From the NCBI GenBank assembly GCA_030688685.1, contig JAUYJF010000006.1, positions 120 to 64,119 of the forward strand: a DNA stretch of 64,000 nt, in the 5' to 3' direction. Below are positions 34,878 through 45,547 of the stretch, piece after piece. A program made the position numbers and the translations under genes. A model generated the notes under the pieces. The model searched no databases. It was given only the letters and a program-made list of their open reading frames with translations, and had not been told where the DNA came from. How positions within the stretch are numbered: the first letter of the stretch is position 1; each line of letters opens with the position of its first letter. This DNA comes from Candidatus Yanofskybacteria bacterium (lineage in GTDB: Bacteria > Patescibacteriota > Minisyncoccia > Minisyncoccales > UBA10102).

Positions 34878-35093
34878 CTTTCCCGTCCCTCCGCCTCGTA
34901 GAATTGGGGAGAAGTGAGGGGTTTCACCTGTTCTCCCATGAGGAGGGGAAGGAGAGATGCTTTAGAGTACATCAGCATGCGGTTTTGTTCAAGGCTGAAT
35001 GGGGATAACTTAACGAAGTTAAAGCAGGATTCTGGGAAAACCAAAAACCGCCTTTCGGCGGTCTCTGATCCAGACAAGTAATGCCTGAGTTTG

Positions 35094-35426
35094 CTACATT
35101 TTTATCTCAATATCCACTCCGGCGGGCAAATTGATGCTTGAGAGAGCGTCAATTACTTTCTGGTTGGGATCTGGGATATCAATGAGGCGTTTGTGAGTTC
35201 GCATCTCAAACTGTTCCCTCGCGTCTTTGTGCACAAACGGCGAGCGGTTCACCGTGTATTTGCGGTGCTCTGTAGGCAAAGGAATAGGACCTATCACCTC
35301 GCATCCCTGCCGAAGAACCGCTTCCACAATCTGCTTTGAGGAAGAGTCTATCACCTTGTGGTCATAGGCAGAAATACGGATCCTTAATCTTTGCTGAGTT
35401 GGTGTGTGCTTTTCAGCGGTCGCCAT
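35094..35426 (-). CDS. rpsJ: 30S ribosomal protein S10
   Basis: [18 protein letters not shown]...GPIPLPT. Confidence 0.95.
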   Translation of the reverse strand: MATAEKHTPTQQRLRIRISAYDHKVIDSSSKQIVEAVLRQGCEVIGPIPLPTEHRKYTVNRSPFVHKDAREQFEMRTHKRLIDIPDPNQKVIDALSSINLPAGVDIEIKM

Positions 35427-35451
35427 TGGTGTTTGTAAGCTTTCTATGGAA

Positions 35452-36645
35452 CTAGTTTACGATCTTCGTCACAACTCCAGCTCCCACGGTTTTGCCTCCT
35501 TCGCGGATCGCGAATCTCTGCTGTTCTTCCATGGCAATGGGAACCTGAAGCTTTACCTTGACAGAGACAGTGTCTCCGGGCATCACCATTTCCGTCCCTT
35601 CAGGAAGCGTAACATCTCCGGTTACGTCCGTTGTTCGGAAATAGAACTGAGGCTTATACCCTGAGAAGAAAGGAGTGTGGCGTCCTCCTTCTTCTTTCGT
35701 GAGGACATAGATCTCGCACTCAAATTCCGTATGAGGAGTTACTGACCCTGTTTTTGCCATGACCTGCCCTCGCTCAATTTCATTCTTCTCAATGCCGCGG
35801 AGAAGAAGACCGACATTGTCTCCGGCCCTTCCTTCATCCAAGGACTTATTAAACATTTCAACTGATACCACGGTTGTCTTTCGCGTGTCGCCCAGACCAA
35901 CAATCTCCACTTCCTCGTTCTGGTGAACGATTCCGCGTTCAATGCGTCCGGTTGCCACGGTTCCGCGCCCCTGGATGGAAAATACGTCTTCCACCGCCAT
36001 AAGGAAAGGCTTGTCAATTTCCCGAACAGGCTCTGGAACATAGGAATCAACCGTACTCATAAGCTCGAGAATGGGCTTCACTGCCTCATCCTCGGGAGAA
36101 GCTCCTTCCAAGGCCTTCAAAGCGGATCCCCGAATGATTGGAGTTGTGTCTCCAGGATATCCATACTTCTTTAACAGCTCGCGGACCTCAGATTCAACCA
36201 AGTCAATCATCTCAGGATCATCCACCATGTCTACCTTGTTCAAGAATACGACAATGGAAGGAAGTCCCACCTGCCGAGCCAACAAGATGTGCTCGCGGGT
36301 CTGGGGCATAGGGCCGTCAGGAGCGGAAACCACAAGAATAGCTCCGTCCATCTGAGCCGCTCCCGTAATCATGTTTTTAATGTAGTCAGCGTGACCTGGG
36401 GCGTCAATGTGCGCGTAGTGCCTGTTTTCTGTTTCATACTCCAAATGGGAGATATTGATGGTAATCCCCCGCTGTCGCTCCTCTGGAGCAACGTCAATCT
36501 GATCCACCGATTTCTCCGATGAAATCAAGCCCTTCAGTTTCAGGGCATGGAGAATAGCGGCAGACAATGTGGTCTTTCCGTGATCCACGTGACCAATTGT
36601 TCCAATGTTCACGTGGGGCTTTTTTCTTTCAAATTTTTCTGCCAT
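35452..36645 (-). CDS. tuf: elongation factor Tu
   Basis: [22 protein letters not shown]. Confidence 0.97.
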   Translation of the reverse strand: MAEKFERKKPHVNIGTIGHVDHGKTTLSAAILHALKLKGLISSEKSVDQIDVAPEERQRGITINISHLEYETENRHYAHIDAPGHADYIKNMITGAAQMDGAILVVSAPDGPMPQTREHILLARQVGLPSIVVFLNKVDMVDDPEMIDLVESEVRELLKKYGYPGDTTPIIRGSALKALEGASPEDEAVKPILELMSTVDSYVPEPVREIDKPFLMAVEDVFSIQGRGTVATGRIERGIVHQNEEVEIVGLGDTRKTTVVSVEMFNKSLDEGRAGDNVGLLLRGIEKNEIERGQVMAKTGSVTPHTEFECEIYVLTKEEGGRHTPFFSGYKPQFYFRTTDVTGDVTLPEGTEMVMPGDTVSVKVKLQVPIAMEEQQRFAIREGGKTVGAGVVTKIVN

Positions 36646-36688
36646 ACGTCAGGATAATAAATAATGATGTAATAATGCTCTAGCTCAA

Positions 36689-36922
36689 TTATAGGGGCAA
36701 ATCCTCAATTGTCAATTCTTCTCTGGCTCTCACAGGCTCAGGAGAAGCAGGGCGCCCCCTTTCTTCCGGAACACTTGGCAATGCCGCGGTTTTGGGCACA
36801 ACCGCTTTCTGTCCTTTGTATTCTTCAAAGGAAAGCGCGACCAGAACCGGCTTGCCGTTCTCTACGATTACGACCTTTCCTCCTTCATGTTCAATAAATT
36901 CTTTAAGCTCTTGAATATCCAT
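36689..36922 (-). CDS. Phd/YefM-like antitoxin-fold small protein (77 aa), with no toxin gene adjacent
   Basis: ELKEFIEHEGGKVVIVENGKPVLVALSFEEYK matches the YefM/Phd N-domain pattern. The C-terminal half is Pro/Glu-rich and looks disordered. It lies between fusA and tuf. Confidence 0.45.
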   Translation of the reverse strand: MDIQELKEFIEHEGGKVVIVENGKPVLVALSFEEYKGQKAVVPKTAALPSVPEERGRPASPEPVRAREELTIEDLPL

Positions 36923-36928
36923 ACCGTG

Positions 36929-39037
36929 TTATTTTCCCCGTGCTTCAATGACGCCTTGCGCAATATGCGCTGAAGTCTCTTCATACGCTTCAAACTCCAT
37001 GGTAAACGTGCCTCTTCCTTCTGTAAGGGAACGAAGATTCGTGGCGTATCCGAACATTTCAGAAAGCGGCACCTTCGCGTGAATGATTTTCATGCCAAGC
37101 TGGTCTTCCGTTTCCTCAATCTTTCCCCGCTTTGAGGCAAGATCCCCGATGATATCCCCAAAAAACTCTTCAGGAATGGTAACCTCCAGGCGCATGATCG
37201 GTTCAAGCAGTACGAGATTCGCTTTTCGTGTCGCCTCCTGCAGTCCCATGGATGCGGCGATCTTAAAAGCAATCTCGGAGGAATCCACCTCATGGTAGCT
37301 TCCGTCATACAATGATACCTCAAAGTCAATGAGGGGGTATCCCGCGAGGACTCCTTTGTCTGCCGCCTCCCTGATTCCCTTTTCTACCGCGGGAATATAT
37401 TCATGAGGAATTGACCCTCCCTTAATTTCGTTCAAAAACGCGAAGCCCTGTCCGCGCTCTCGCGGCCTGACCCGAAGATACACGTGTCCGTATTGTCCGC
37501 GTCCTCCCGATTGCCTCACGTACTTGCCTTCGGCCTGCGCCTCCTGGCGAATCGTCTCCTTGTAGGCAACCTGAGGCCTGCCCACGTTCGCTTCAACCCC
37601 GAACTCCCGGCGCATCCGATCCACGATAATATCCAGGTGGAGTTCGCCCATTCCAGAGATGATCGTTTCTCCGGTCTCCAGATCCGTCTTGACGCGAAAC
37701 GTTGGATCCTCTTCCATAAGCCGCTTTAAGGCCTGGCCCATCTTTTCCTGGTCTTGCTTTGTTTTCGGTTCAATGCGTACGGAAATAACGGGTTCTGGGA
37801 ATACGATCTGCTCCAGAAGAATGGGGTTGTTCTCGTCACACAAAGTATGTCCGGTGGAAGTTCCTTTGAGCCCCACGGTGGCCGCGATATCTCCCGCGTA
37901 TAATTCTTCCACTTCTTCCCGCTCGTTCGCGTGCATGAGCAAGAGACGGCTGACGCGCTCTTTCTCTCCAACGGTTGAATTGAGCACGTAGGATCCTTTC
38001 TTCAGCGTCCCAGAGTAGATGCGGAAATACGTTAAGCTCCCCACGTACGGATCAGAGGCGATCTTGAAGGCGAGAGCGGAAAAGGGTTCTTCGTCCGAAG
38101 CCTTGCGCTCTACCTCTTCTCCTGTTTTTGGATGCACTCCCGTAACCGGCGGAACATCCAAAGGGCTGGGCAGGTAATCCACAACGGCATCCAGCACAAG
38201 CTGAACGCCTTTGTTGCGGAGAGCCGTACCCACAAGCACCGGAACAAGCTTTGAGGCAAGTGTCGCTTTCCGGAGCGTCTTCTTCAGTTGTTCCGCGCCT
38301 ATCTCCTTTCCTTCCAGGTAGGCATTCATAAGCTGCTCATCTTCTGCCGCGATTTTTTCCACCAGGGTATCATGCAGCTCCTTTGCCTTTGCCTTGAGAT
38401 CTTCTGGAATTTCCCGCTCCTTGGTAATTTGGCCGAAATCTCCCTCAAATTCATAGGCCTTCAAGGTGATCAGGTCCACCATTCCGGAAAATTCCCCTTC
38501 TTGTCCTATGGGCAAGTGGATGGCAACCGCGTTCTTGGTGAGTTTTTTTGCGATAGATTCCAGGCACCGATCAAAGGAAGCTCCCGTTCTGTCAATCTTA
38601 TTAATAAAGCAGATGCGGGGAACTTTAAATTTGTCTGCTTGCCGCCATACCGTTTCTGACTGGGGTTCCACTCCGGAAACCCCGTCAAAGACAACAACCG
38701 CTCCATCCAAAATGCGGAGGGAGCGCTGTACCTCCACGGTAAAGTCAATGTGGCCGGGGGTATCAATAATGTTAATGCGGTATTCATTTTCCTTGCCCCG
38801 GCTTTGCGTGTAGGTGGGAATCCAAAAGCATGTGGTCGCCGCCGAAGTGATCGTGATTCCCCGCTCTCGCTCCTGTTCCATCCAGTCCATGACAGCGGCG
38901 CCCTCATGCACTTCCCCGATCTTGTGGGAAATTCCCGTATAAAACAAAATCCGCTCGGTTGTTGTTGTTTTCCCAGCGTCAATATGGGCAATGATCCCAA
39001 TGTCGCGAACCCGTTCAATTGGATACTGTCTCGGCAT
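36929..39037 (-). CDS. fusA: elongation factor G
   Basis: [20 protein letters not shown], and full domains II-V. Confidence 0.97.
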   Translation of the reverse strand: MPRQYPIERVRDIGIIAHIDAGKTTTTERILFYTGISHKIGEVHEGAAVMDWMEQERERGITITSAATTCFWIPTYTQSRGKENEYRINIIDTPGHIDFTVEVQRSLRILDGAVVVFDGVSGVEPQSETVWRQADKFKVPRICFINKIDRTGASFDRCLESIAKKLTKNAVAIHLPIGQEGEFSGMVDLITLKAYEFEGDFGQITKEREIPEDLKAKAKELHDTLVEKIAAEDEQLMNAYLEGKEIGAEQLKKTLRKATLASKLVPVLVGTALRNKGVQLVLDAVVDYLPSPLDVPPVTGVHPKTGEEVERKASDEEPFSALAFKIASDPYVGSLTYFRIYSGTLKKGSYVLNSTVGEKERVSRLLLMHANEREEVEELYAGDIAATVGLKGTSTGHTLCDENNPILLEQIVFPEPVISVRIEPKTKQDQEKMGQALKRLMEEDPTFRVKTDLETGETIISGMGELHLDIIVDRMRREFGVEANVGRPQVAYKETIRQEAQAEGKYVRQSGGRGQYGHVYLRVRPRERGQGFAFLNEIKGGSIPHEYIPAVEKGIREAADKGVLAGYPLIDFEVSLYDGSYHEVDSSEIAFKIAASMGLQEATRKANLVLLEPIMRLEVTIPEEFFGDIIGDLASKRGKIEETEDQLGMKIIHAKVPLSEMFGYATNLRSLTEGRGTFTMEFEAYEETSAHIAQGVIEARGK

Positions 39038-39040
39038 AGA

Positions 39041-39508
39041 TTACCTCGCAAAATGCGCGAATGCGCGGTTGGCCTCAGCCATGCGATGCACGTTTTCCTT
39101 TTTCTTAATGGCCTCTCCCTCGTTATTGTAGGCAGCCAGGAGTTCCGCGGCTAGTTTCTCGCGCATGGGTTTTCCTTTTTTTGCGCGGGCTGTCCCAATA
39201 ATCCATCTCATGGCCAGACTCATTCTCCTATCCCCGCGCACTTCCATGGGAACCTGGTATGTTGCTCCTCCCACCCGCTTTGACCGCACCTCCATAGTGG
39301 GGGCGGCGTTGTCCAAGGCCTGCGCCAAAAGCTCCGCTGCTTCTTTCTTTGTCGCCTGGGCGCATGTTCCAAGCGCTTCATATACGATTTTGCGCGCGAT
39401 AGACTTTTTCCCATCCTGCATGACGTGATTGATGAATGAGGAAACAAGGGTGCTGTTATACACCAAGTCGGCTGGAATGTCTCGTTTTGCGATAATGCCT
39501 CGTGCCAT
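39041..39508 (-). CDS. rpsG: 30S ribosomal protein S7
   Basis: S7 sequence. Confidence 0.95.
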   Translation of the reverse strand: MARGIIAKRDIPADLVYNSTLVSSFINHVMQDGKKSIARKIVYEALGTCAQATKKEAAELLAQALDNAAPTMEVRSKRVGGATYQVPMEVRGDRRMSLAMRWIIGTARAKKGKPMREKLAAELLAAYNNEGEAIKKKENVHRMAEANRAFAHFAR

Positions 39509-39511
39509 GTA

Positions 39512-39922
39512 TTACTTTTGCTTCTTTGTCCCGTATTTAGATCGCTCTTGCTTGCGCCCATCAACCCCAGCGGCATCAAGAATCCCGCGCACCACGTGGT
39601 AGCGCACGCCAGGAAGGTCTTTCACGCGTCCTCCCCGGATAAGGACAACAGAGTGCTCTTGCAGGTTATGTCCTATCCCCGGAATGTACGCTGTGGTCTC
39701 CATGCCGTTGCTCAGGCGAAGACGGGCAACCTTCCGAAGAGCGGAGTTCGGTTTCTTGGGAGTAGTGGTAAACACCCTGAGACACACTCCTCGCTTAAAA
39801 GGAGAAGCGTAATCCATGGGCCTGTTCGTCAAGGTATTGAACCCAAACGTCATTGCAGGGCTCTTGCTCTTTTTCTTTGTGGTTTTCCTTCCCTTTTTTA
39901 ATAGTTGATGAATTGTAGGCAT
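39512..39922 (-). CDS. rpsL: 30S ribosomal protein S12
   Basis: KKPNSALRK, and PGVRYH near the C-terminus. Confidence 0.95.
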   Translation of the reverse strand: MPTIHQLLKKGRKTTKKKSKSPAMTFGFNTLTNRPMDYASPFKRGVCLRVFTTTPKKPNSALRKVARLRLSNGMETTAYIPGIGHNLQEHSVVLIRGGRVKDLPGVRYHVVRGILDAAGVDGRKQERSKYGTKKQK

Positions 39923-39987
39923 GATAACGAAAATGCGCGTATGCGCACAAAGGGAGTATATCAGAGTGAATTTTCAGTGTCAATTCC

Positions 39988-40644
39988 TTAGTAGCAAAAA
40001 GGGAAGATTCCGGGGAGCGCGCACACAGGCACTCCTACAATAAGCTGAAAAAGCCCGAGGATAGGGATGAGGATAAGGCCAAAAAATAACCCGGGAAACA
40101 GGAAGATAAGCGCCAAGAGCATGAAGAATCCGTATCGGAAGAAGAAATCCCGAACCTCGGCAAGCTGCGGAGGAAGAAAGACGGATAGAACATGCGAGCC
40201 ATCCAAAGGAGGAATGGGAACCATGTTAAAAATACCAAGAATGATATTCAGGAGCACAATATCCCGAAGAATGGGAACTATCGCTTGAAGCGCTTCCTGG
40301 TTCATTCCAAACCGAAGAAGGAGCCCAAAGGTAACAGCCAAGGCAAGATTTGCCGCAATGCCCGCCAAACTTACCTGTACCTCCCCCCATTTCCTGTTTC
40401 TAAAGTTGAGGGGATTTACCGGGACCGGCTTTGCCCACGCGATAAGTCCCCGCACCGGAAGCAACACTAAAATAAGCGGCACCAGGATGGATCCCACAGG
40501 GTCAATATGAGGAATGGGGTTGAGCGTAAGGCGCCCCGCGTCCTTTGCGGTGGAATCCCCTTGCGAATAGGCGGCCAGCCCGTGAGAAACCTCATGAAGC
40601 ACCACAGAGAAAATCAGAACACCAATCAGGAAAATCACTTCCAT
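39988..40644 (-). CDS. site-2 protease (M50) family membrane metalloprotease, small form
   Basis: HEVSHGLAA (HExxH) within a TM helix, plus a downstream LDGSHVL (LDG) motif. Start placed at the internal ATG. Confidence 0.7.
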   Translation of the reverse strand: MEVIFLIGVLIFSVVLHEVSHGLAAYSQGDSTAKDAGRLTLNPIPHIDPVGSILVPLILVLLPVRGLIAWAKPVPVNPLNFRNRKWGEVQVSLAGIAANLALAVTFGLLLRFGMNQEALQAIVPILRDIVLLNIILGIFNMVPIPPLDGSHVLSVFLPPQLAEVRDFFFRYGFFMLLALIFLFPGLFFGLILIPILGLFQLIVGVPVCALPGIFPFCY

Positions 40645-40765
40645 ACCTTTTCTATAACACAGATTTCGTCTGAGAGCTACTTTGCCCTTAGTTTGCTCCA
40701 CCAAAATCAAGAGGGATGTGTTCTCATGGGAACATCCCTCTCATGTTGGTGCAGAAGCTGGAAGA

Positions 40766-41725
40766 CTACGCGGGACACAACTCCACATACTGCTGCACGA
40801 TGTTGGAGAACACCTTTGCGCCACGATTTGCAAATGCGGTGTTGATACCCACCGCCTTGGCACCTGCCAATCGGTAGTCCTGCACATCCTTCCCACACTG
40901 CACTCCCCCGGCCCCCATGAGGTCAATGTCAGAACGAAGCAGTTCCCGGAACTGCACTACCTGGCCTAGGGCGATTCCCTTGAAGCCTGGCCCTGCAAAT
41001 CCCGCCTTGCCTCCGCCGGGCGTAATGGCGGTCTTGGTACCGTCCCACCCAAAGCCATTGGGCCAGGTGTTTGATGCAACCACGCCCCGCACGACTCTCG
41101 AGCCATTGAGCACCTCGGCTGTTTGGCTCAAAAGATTGGGGGGAAGCGGTGAGAGCTTCACGGTAACCCTTACGGTAGTGGAGAAGAATGGGTCCTTCAG
41201 TTCCTGGAGAACTTCGTCCACGAGCACAGGTTCGTAGGAGAAAATCGTTTTCTGCCCGCCTTCTCCCCAAACATTGGAGCAACCGAGGTTGAGCTCAACC
41301 TGATCTGCCCACTGCGCTGCGAATGAGGCGAGCGCATGATACTCCTTCGGGGAGAATCCTGCCACACTCACAATGAGAGGTTTGTCAGTAGCATGAGCGA
41401 GTTCCCTCATCCTGGGAAGCGCCTTCTCGTAGTAGGGCATTCCCCCATTCGGCAGACCGAGAGAGTTGAGGGAGTACCTCCCCTCAGGGTCCATCCAGTA
41501 GGTATCACCCACGTTGAGCTCTCGCCGCTCCATTGTGATGGAACCCACGGTTATGGCACCGACAGGTGTTTTGGCGAGCTGTTCAACCTCCTCTATTGTT
41601 TTACAGCTCCCAGCTGCATTCACCAGGGGACACGCCAATGAAATCCCAGCAAAGACCGTCTCCACGGCACACCTCCAAGAATCAAGATCTGTCTCTCTCC
41701 TACCACTCTCAACAGAGAGCGTCAA
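40766..41725 (-). CDS. dihydroorotate dehydrogenase-like (class 1 DHOD/DHPD family) flavoprotein
   Basis: TIM-barrel DHOD motifs (NLGCSN, ASNTW, GGV..G.D). Confidence 0.7.
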   Translation of the reverse strand: MTLSVESGRRETDLDSWRCAVETVFAGISLACPLVNAAGSCKTIEEVEQLAKTPVGAITVGSITMERRELNVGDTYWMDPEGRYSLNSLGLPNGGMPYYEKALPRMRELAHATDKPLIVSVAGFSPKEYHALASFAAQWADQVELNLGCSNVWGEGGQKTIFSYEPVLVDEVLQELKDPFFSTTVRVTVKLSPLPPNLLSQTAEVLNGSRVVRGVVASNTWPNGFGWDGTKTAITPGGGKAGFAGPGFKGIALGQVVQFRELLRSDIDLMGAGGVQCGKDVQDYRLAGAKAVGINTAFANRGAKVFSNIVQQYVELCPA

Positions 41726-41850
41726 CGAAACCTTGCGTTTTTATAGAAAATGAGTATACTGGTCTTTGTATACGCGTTTCGGTATAGTTATCGTATTTTC
41801 TCGAAATCCGCTAACGTACCCATTCTCTCATTTCTTAAAAATACTCAACT

Positions 41851-42066
41851 ATGGCAAATCGGTGTGAAATATGCGCGAAAAAGAAGAACATCGCTTGGAC
41901 GCGGATAAAACTGCGGGGAAAGTACAACCCTACTTCCAAGCACGCCCAAAAGCCAAATCTCCAGTGGACCCAGCTTTTTGAACCATACGCCGCAAAATTC
42001 GGCGTGAGTGCCGGCACCCGCGTAAAAGCATGCGCCAAGTGCATGAAAGCGCTCTCAAAAACATAA
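41851..42066 (+). CDS. rpmB: 50S ribosomal protein L28
   Basis: MANRCEICAKKKNIAWTRIKLRGKYNPTSKHAQKPNLQ...CAKCMKA is the L28 pattern. Confidence 0.85.
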   Translation: MANRCEICAKKKNIAWTRIKLRGKYNPTSKHAQKPNLQWTQLFEPYAAKFGVSAGTRVKACAKCMKALSKT

Positions 42067-42083
42067 CATTAACTACTCATGAT

Positions 42084-42114
42084 AAAGCTCCGGCCCTCCA
42101 GCCCGGAGCTTTTC
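42084..42114 (+). terminator. intrinsic terminator after rpmB
   Basis: GCTCCGG-ccctccagc-CCGGAGC-TTTTC. Confidence 0.6.
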
Positions 42115-42148
42115 AGTAAGCATTTTTTCTGCTATCTTTTAAAGTATA

Positions 42149-42219
42149 CGGGCTGTAGTATACCGGCAGTACGCGTCCATGGGGTGGATGTAGACTGGGT
42201 TCGATTCCCAGCAGCCCGA
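42149..42219 (+). tRNA. tRNA-Pro (anticodon GGG)
   Basis: My manual fold gives an acceptor stem CGGGCTG/CAGCCCG with the C1-G72 pair typical of bacterial tRNA-Pro. It has U8, a D-arm GTAT/GTAC with GG in the loop, an anticodon stem CGTCC/GGATG with loop AUGGGGU (U33, GGG, G37), and a T-arm CTGGG-TTCGATT-CCCAG. CCA is not encoded. Confidence 0.8.
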
Positions 42220-42305
42220 CATCAAAATCTCATTTACTAGCGGGTATAAAAAACTTGCCCACAGCAGAAGTTGAATCTGCAACTTTTCGGACAGAAACTG
42301 TCTCA

Positions 42306-42334
42306 TTGACTTCTCTTTGCCGTTTTTCTAGGAT
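42306..42334 (+). promoter_or_regulatory. promoter TTGACT-N17-TAGGAT for the MazG-like gene
   Basis: Good -35 and -10 boxes with a 17-nt spacer. It is about 40 nt upstream of the RBS-preceded GTG start. Confidence 0.45.
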
Positions 42335-42375
42335 GCGCCTAGATCATTCAAGTACATGGCGTATAGGAGGTTGCC

Positions 42376-43029
42376 GTGAAAAAATCTTTGTCGTTGCATC
42401 AATGGCAACACATAGTTCGAAGAATATATGGTTGTAAGGACATGCGGGATTATACTCCCGAGTCACTTCTCCTCCACATCGTAAAGCAGATGGGGAGAAT
42501 CGCAAAAGCATTGCGGCGAGAGGATCAAAAGGACCTGCTGCGCGCTTTGCCCCGTTTCTATATCTGGGTAGTGTCATTCTGCGTGATGTACCGCATTGAT
42601 TTGGAGGAGGCGGTATGGAACAAGTACAAAGGCTGCTGTCCGTACTGCGGCGCCACAGAACATTGTTCCTGCGCCTCCAACAGCACCAAACCCGCGCAAT
42701 GGTACCGCAATGAATCAGTAATGCGGCCGCGGACTGTCGCAGAGTGGCAGGAAATGTTCAGACGGATATACGGAGAGACCAACCATACCCTGTCCCTCAC
42801 AGAAATCGGCCTTCACCTCGCAGAAGAGGTGGGCGAAGTCAGTGAGGCGTTTTATCTCCGGGAAAGAGACGGGGAAGCGCCCCTCCATTACGAGATAGCA
42901 GACACAATAGCGTGGCTGTTCGCGCTCGCAAATCGCCTGGGCATTGACCTTGGGGCCTTATCCTGGGAGGCGTACCCTGGGGTATGCGATACCTGCAGAA
43001 TGCGGGAATGCGCATGCCCGCTTGTATAA
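42376..43029 (+). CDS. tandem MazG-like nucleotide pyrophosphohydrolase domain protein with Cys clusters
   Basis: There are two EEVGE..EA...E.AD..WLFALANRLGIDL-type MazG helices. The GTG start has AGGAGG upstream. It contains CCPYCG...CSC and C-terminal CDTCRMRECAC motifs. Confidence 0.6.
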   Translation: MKKSLSLHQWQHIVRRIYGCKDMRDYTPESLLLHIVKQMGRIAKALRREDQKDLLRALPRFYIWVVSFCVMYRIDLEEAVWNKYKGCCPYCGATEHCSCASNSTKPAQWYRNESVMRPRTVAEWQEMFRRIYGETNHTLSLTEIGLHLAEEVGEVSEAFYLRERDGEAPLHYEIADTIAWLFALANRLGIDLGALSWEAYPGVCDTCRMRECACPLV

Positions 43030-43103
43030 AAATCTTTAAAGCTCTTCCATCCGCCTCGTGGGAGAGCTTTATTTTATGGAAAGTCATGCTACTATAGAAA
43101 ATC

Positions 43104-43400
43104 ATGCGTTTTGAAATTCCCCTCCAGAACCAAAATCTCCCGCAAATAATGCGGCAATGCGGATACGCGCCCGAAGGGCAGGACGGAGATGAATGGAAAT
43201 TCACGCGTCCCCTCCGGGGCGCCAGGTACCCGAGATTCCACATGTACGCCAGGACATCTCCGGATGCCGCGAAAGCCTCTCTCAATCTTCACTTGGATCA
43301 AAAACAGCCCTCGTACAGAGGGAGTTCAGCTCACAGCGGCGAGTACGACGGCCCGCTCGTGGAGCAGGAGGCCGCCCGTATTCAATCTCTTGTTTCCTGA
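43104..43400 (+). CDS. hypothetical protein (98 aa)
   Basis: An ORF with no SD. It converges on the HD gene with a 19-nt overlap. Confidence 0.35.
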   Translation: MRFEIPLQNQNLPQIMRQCGYAPEGQDGDEWKFTRPLRGARYPRFHMYARTSPDAAKASLNLHLDQKQPSYRGSSAHSGEYDGPLVEQEAARIQSLVS

Positions 43401-43966
43401 GCAAGCACTTGCTCCTGAATCTTTTTCCACCAGGAAAATTCCTGGTTTTTCAGCAGAGAAAGCTGCTTCTCGTAGATGCCTTGAAAAAACTTATTTCCTA
43501 CCCGCACTTCTTCCGCGCATTTTGCGATGAGGGAAAGGCGGTCTGCCGTTTTTACCATTTGCGCCTCAATTGATTTCCCCTCCCCTTCTTCCACCCACAG
43601 GGAGATGTATCGCTCTTTGAGGGTATCGGGGAGCCCCTCAAACTCTTGAGGAATGACTTCTTTATTTACCCTGCGTATTGTCTCTGTGATCTCCGGGGAA
43701 TAATGCTTAAAGGGAGTGAGAATATCTCCGGAAAACGCCTCTTCTTTATCATGGACAAGAGCCATGGCAAGAACCTTTTCCTTGTCCACCGTCTCCCCGC
43801 GCGCTTGCGTAAGATCGCAGAGAATGAGAGCGATATACGCGGTAAAGAATGAGTGTTCCGCCACGCTCTCGGGAAAATGCTGAGGCGTGGAAGAAAACCG
43901 CCGAATATGCGCGAGAGACCGTTGTAAAATATGCCCAAAGATTCCCATACAAAACCCTGCTCTCAA
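43382..43966 (-). CDS. HD-domain phosphohydrolase (YfbR-like 5'-deoxynucleotidase family)
   Basis: H...HD motif (VAEHSF...LVHDKEEAFSGDI). Confidence 0.7.
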   Translation of the reverse strand: MRAGFCMGIFGHILQRSLAHIRRFSSTPQHFPESVAEHSFFTAYIALILCDLTQARGETVDKEKVLAMALVHDKEEAFSGDILTPFKHYSPEITETIRRVNKEVIPQEFEGLPDTLKERYISLWVEEGEGKSIEAQMVKTADRLSLIAKCAEEVRVGNKFFQGIYEKQLSLLKNQEFSWWKKIQEQVLAQETRD

Positions 43967-44105
43967 ATTACCGATTCCGAAATAGATCTAGGTGAGTGCC
44001 GTATCCTTGAGCCCACAGGCCCAAGGAGCATCCAGCTCTCTTGGAACGATAATGCGGAATCGTAAAAAGGAGAACAGGGCACTTCTATTGTATCGTGCTC
44101 CAGAG

Positions 44106-44693
44106 CTACTCGTCAATGCCAAATCTCCGGTATTTGTAGATAGCAGCGTCGTGGAACCACTGCTGTAGTTCATGCGCGGCTTCCTCTGGTGTTTCAGAGG
44201 CATGCACTAGATTCATCACCGCTCTTTTTTCCTTGTTGGCAAGCAGAGGCGAGTCAGCGGAAAAGTCCCCGCGAATTGTTCCCATGTCCGCCAGATATGG
44301 CATAGTAGGACCCGCGATCTTGCGAACCATGTCCACGGCGTGGATTCCCTGCACCGCCATCTTCACCAGGGGAGCTGAGGTCATAAAATTAATAAGCCAT
44401 CCCCGTACCATTGTTCCAATTTCCAGATCATCTGCCGTTCCAAGTTCTTCTTTGGCGTCAAATCCGTACTTTTCGTAGGTGGCGAGAGTTTTCTGTCCCA
44501 GGCGCCTGATCCATGCCTCCTCCTTCGGATAATGATCATCCATTTCTTCGCGGGTTGGCTGGAACATCTGCAGGGCGATAATCTTGAGATCCCGCTGTTC
44601 AATTCGTTTGATGATCTCCCCGATCAAACCTTTCCTGACTCCGTCCGGCTTAATGAGCACAAATGTTTTTTCCTCTTTTGGATGCTCTGGCAT
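44106..44693 (-). CDS. ndk: nucleoside diphosphate kinase
   Basis: TFVLIKPDGV and NLVHAS (catalytic His region). Confidence 0.85.
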   Translation of the reverse strand: MPEHPKEEKTFVLIKPDGVRKGLIGEIIKRIEQRDLKIIALQMFQPTREEMDDHYPKEEAWIRRLGQKTLATYEKYGFDAKEELGTADDLEIGTMVRGWLINFMTSAPLVKMAVQGIHAVDMVRKIAGPTMPYLADMGTIRGDFSADSPLLANKEKRAVMNLVHASETPEEAAHELQQWFHDAAIYKYRRFGIDE

Positions 44694-44713
44694 TTCGTAT
44701 GATGTTATATGTT

Positions 44714-45547
44714 TTAATAGGAGAAGGAGATCGTAATATCCCCGTCCAGGTCCGTTCTCAATATACCTATACCATAGCGCCCGAAAGTTTCAATGGTTTC
44801 CTGGTGCGGATGCCCATAGGGATTGTCAAATCCGGCGGATACAACCGCAAGAGACGGACGAACTGTTTCCACAAACAAAGGACTGCTTGAGGTCTTGCTT
44901 CCGTGATGCCCAGCCAGCAAAACATCCGAAGCGAGCTGCTTGCCGGAATTCACCAGCTCTTGCTCAATACTCTTGGGCGCGTCCCCGGGAAAAAGGGCTG
45001 ATCCTCCGGGGGTTTCCAGGCGCAGCACGATTGATCCCTCATTCGCGTCCTTCTCGTATGCCGCCATATGATCCAGGGGAGCAAGCACTTCTAAAAACCC
45101 GCGATCTCCCCAGTACATGACTTGCCTTTCCCGCGCGAGAACGCCTTGGGCTCCCGAGCGTTCCATGGCGCTGAGAAAACGCTCAAAGGTGCCGGTCTCC
45201 TTCCCTTCCCCGGTCCATAAGATCCGCGCGACGGCATAGCGCTCAAACACAAACGCCAGCCCCGCGATATGATCCGCGTCAGCATGCGTCGCAACCACAA
45301 GATCAAGGGATCTCTTCCAAAAAGGAAGCGCTCCCCCAAGTTTTTTGAGAATAGTATCTCCTCTTCCTCCGTCAATAAGAATGGCGTGCCCTTGGCGCGT
45401 CCGTATCAGAATCGCGTCGCCCTGCCCCACGGCAAAAAAATGCGCATGGAGAGATTGAGACGCTTGCACCTCTTTCCATACCTCAATATTCGCGAACACA
45501 AGTAACCAAAATACTCCAAGAAGCAGCGGAGCAAGGCGAATACCCAT
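44714..45547 (-). CDS. metallo-beta-lactamase fold hydrolase (ComEC C-terminal-like), secreted or membrane-anchored
   Basis: HADADH motif (VVATHADADHIAGL). It has an N-terminal TM or signal segment. Confidence 0.7.
   Translation of the reverse strand: MGIRLAPLLLGVFWLLVFANIEVWKEVQASQSLHAHFFAVGQGDAILIRTRQGHAILIDGGRGDTILKKLGGALPFWKRSLDLVVATHADADHIAGLAFVFERYAVARILWTGEGKETGTFERFLSAMERSGAQGVLARERQVMYWGDRGFLEVLAPLDHMAAYEKDANEGSIVLRLETPGGSALFPGDAPKSIEQELVNSGKQLASDVLLAGHHGSKTSSSPLFVETVRPSLAVVSAGFDNPYGHPHQETIETFGRYGIGILRTDLDGDITISFSY

Noticed and set aside
43966-44106. Inverted GGAGCA/AGCTCT motifs downstream of ndk as a structured RNA
   Set aside because: The arm order (X-Y ... X'-Y') is incompatible with a simple hairpin and would need a pseudoknot. 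It is probably coincidental.
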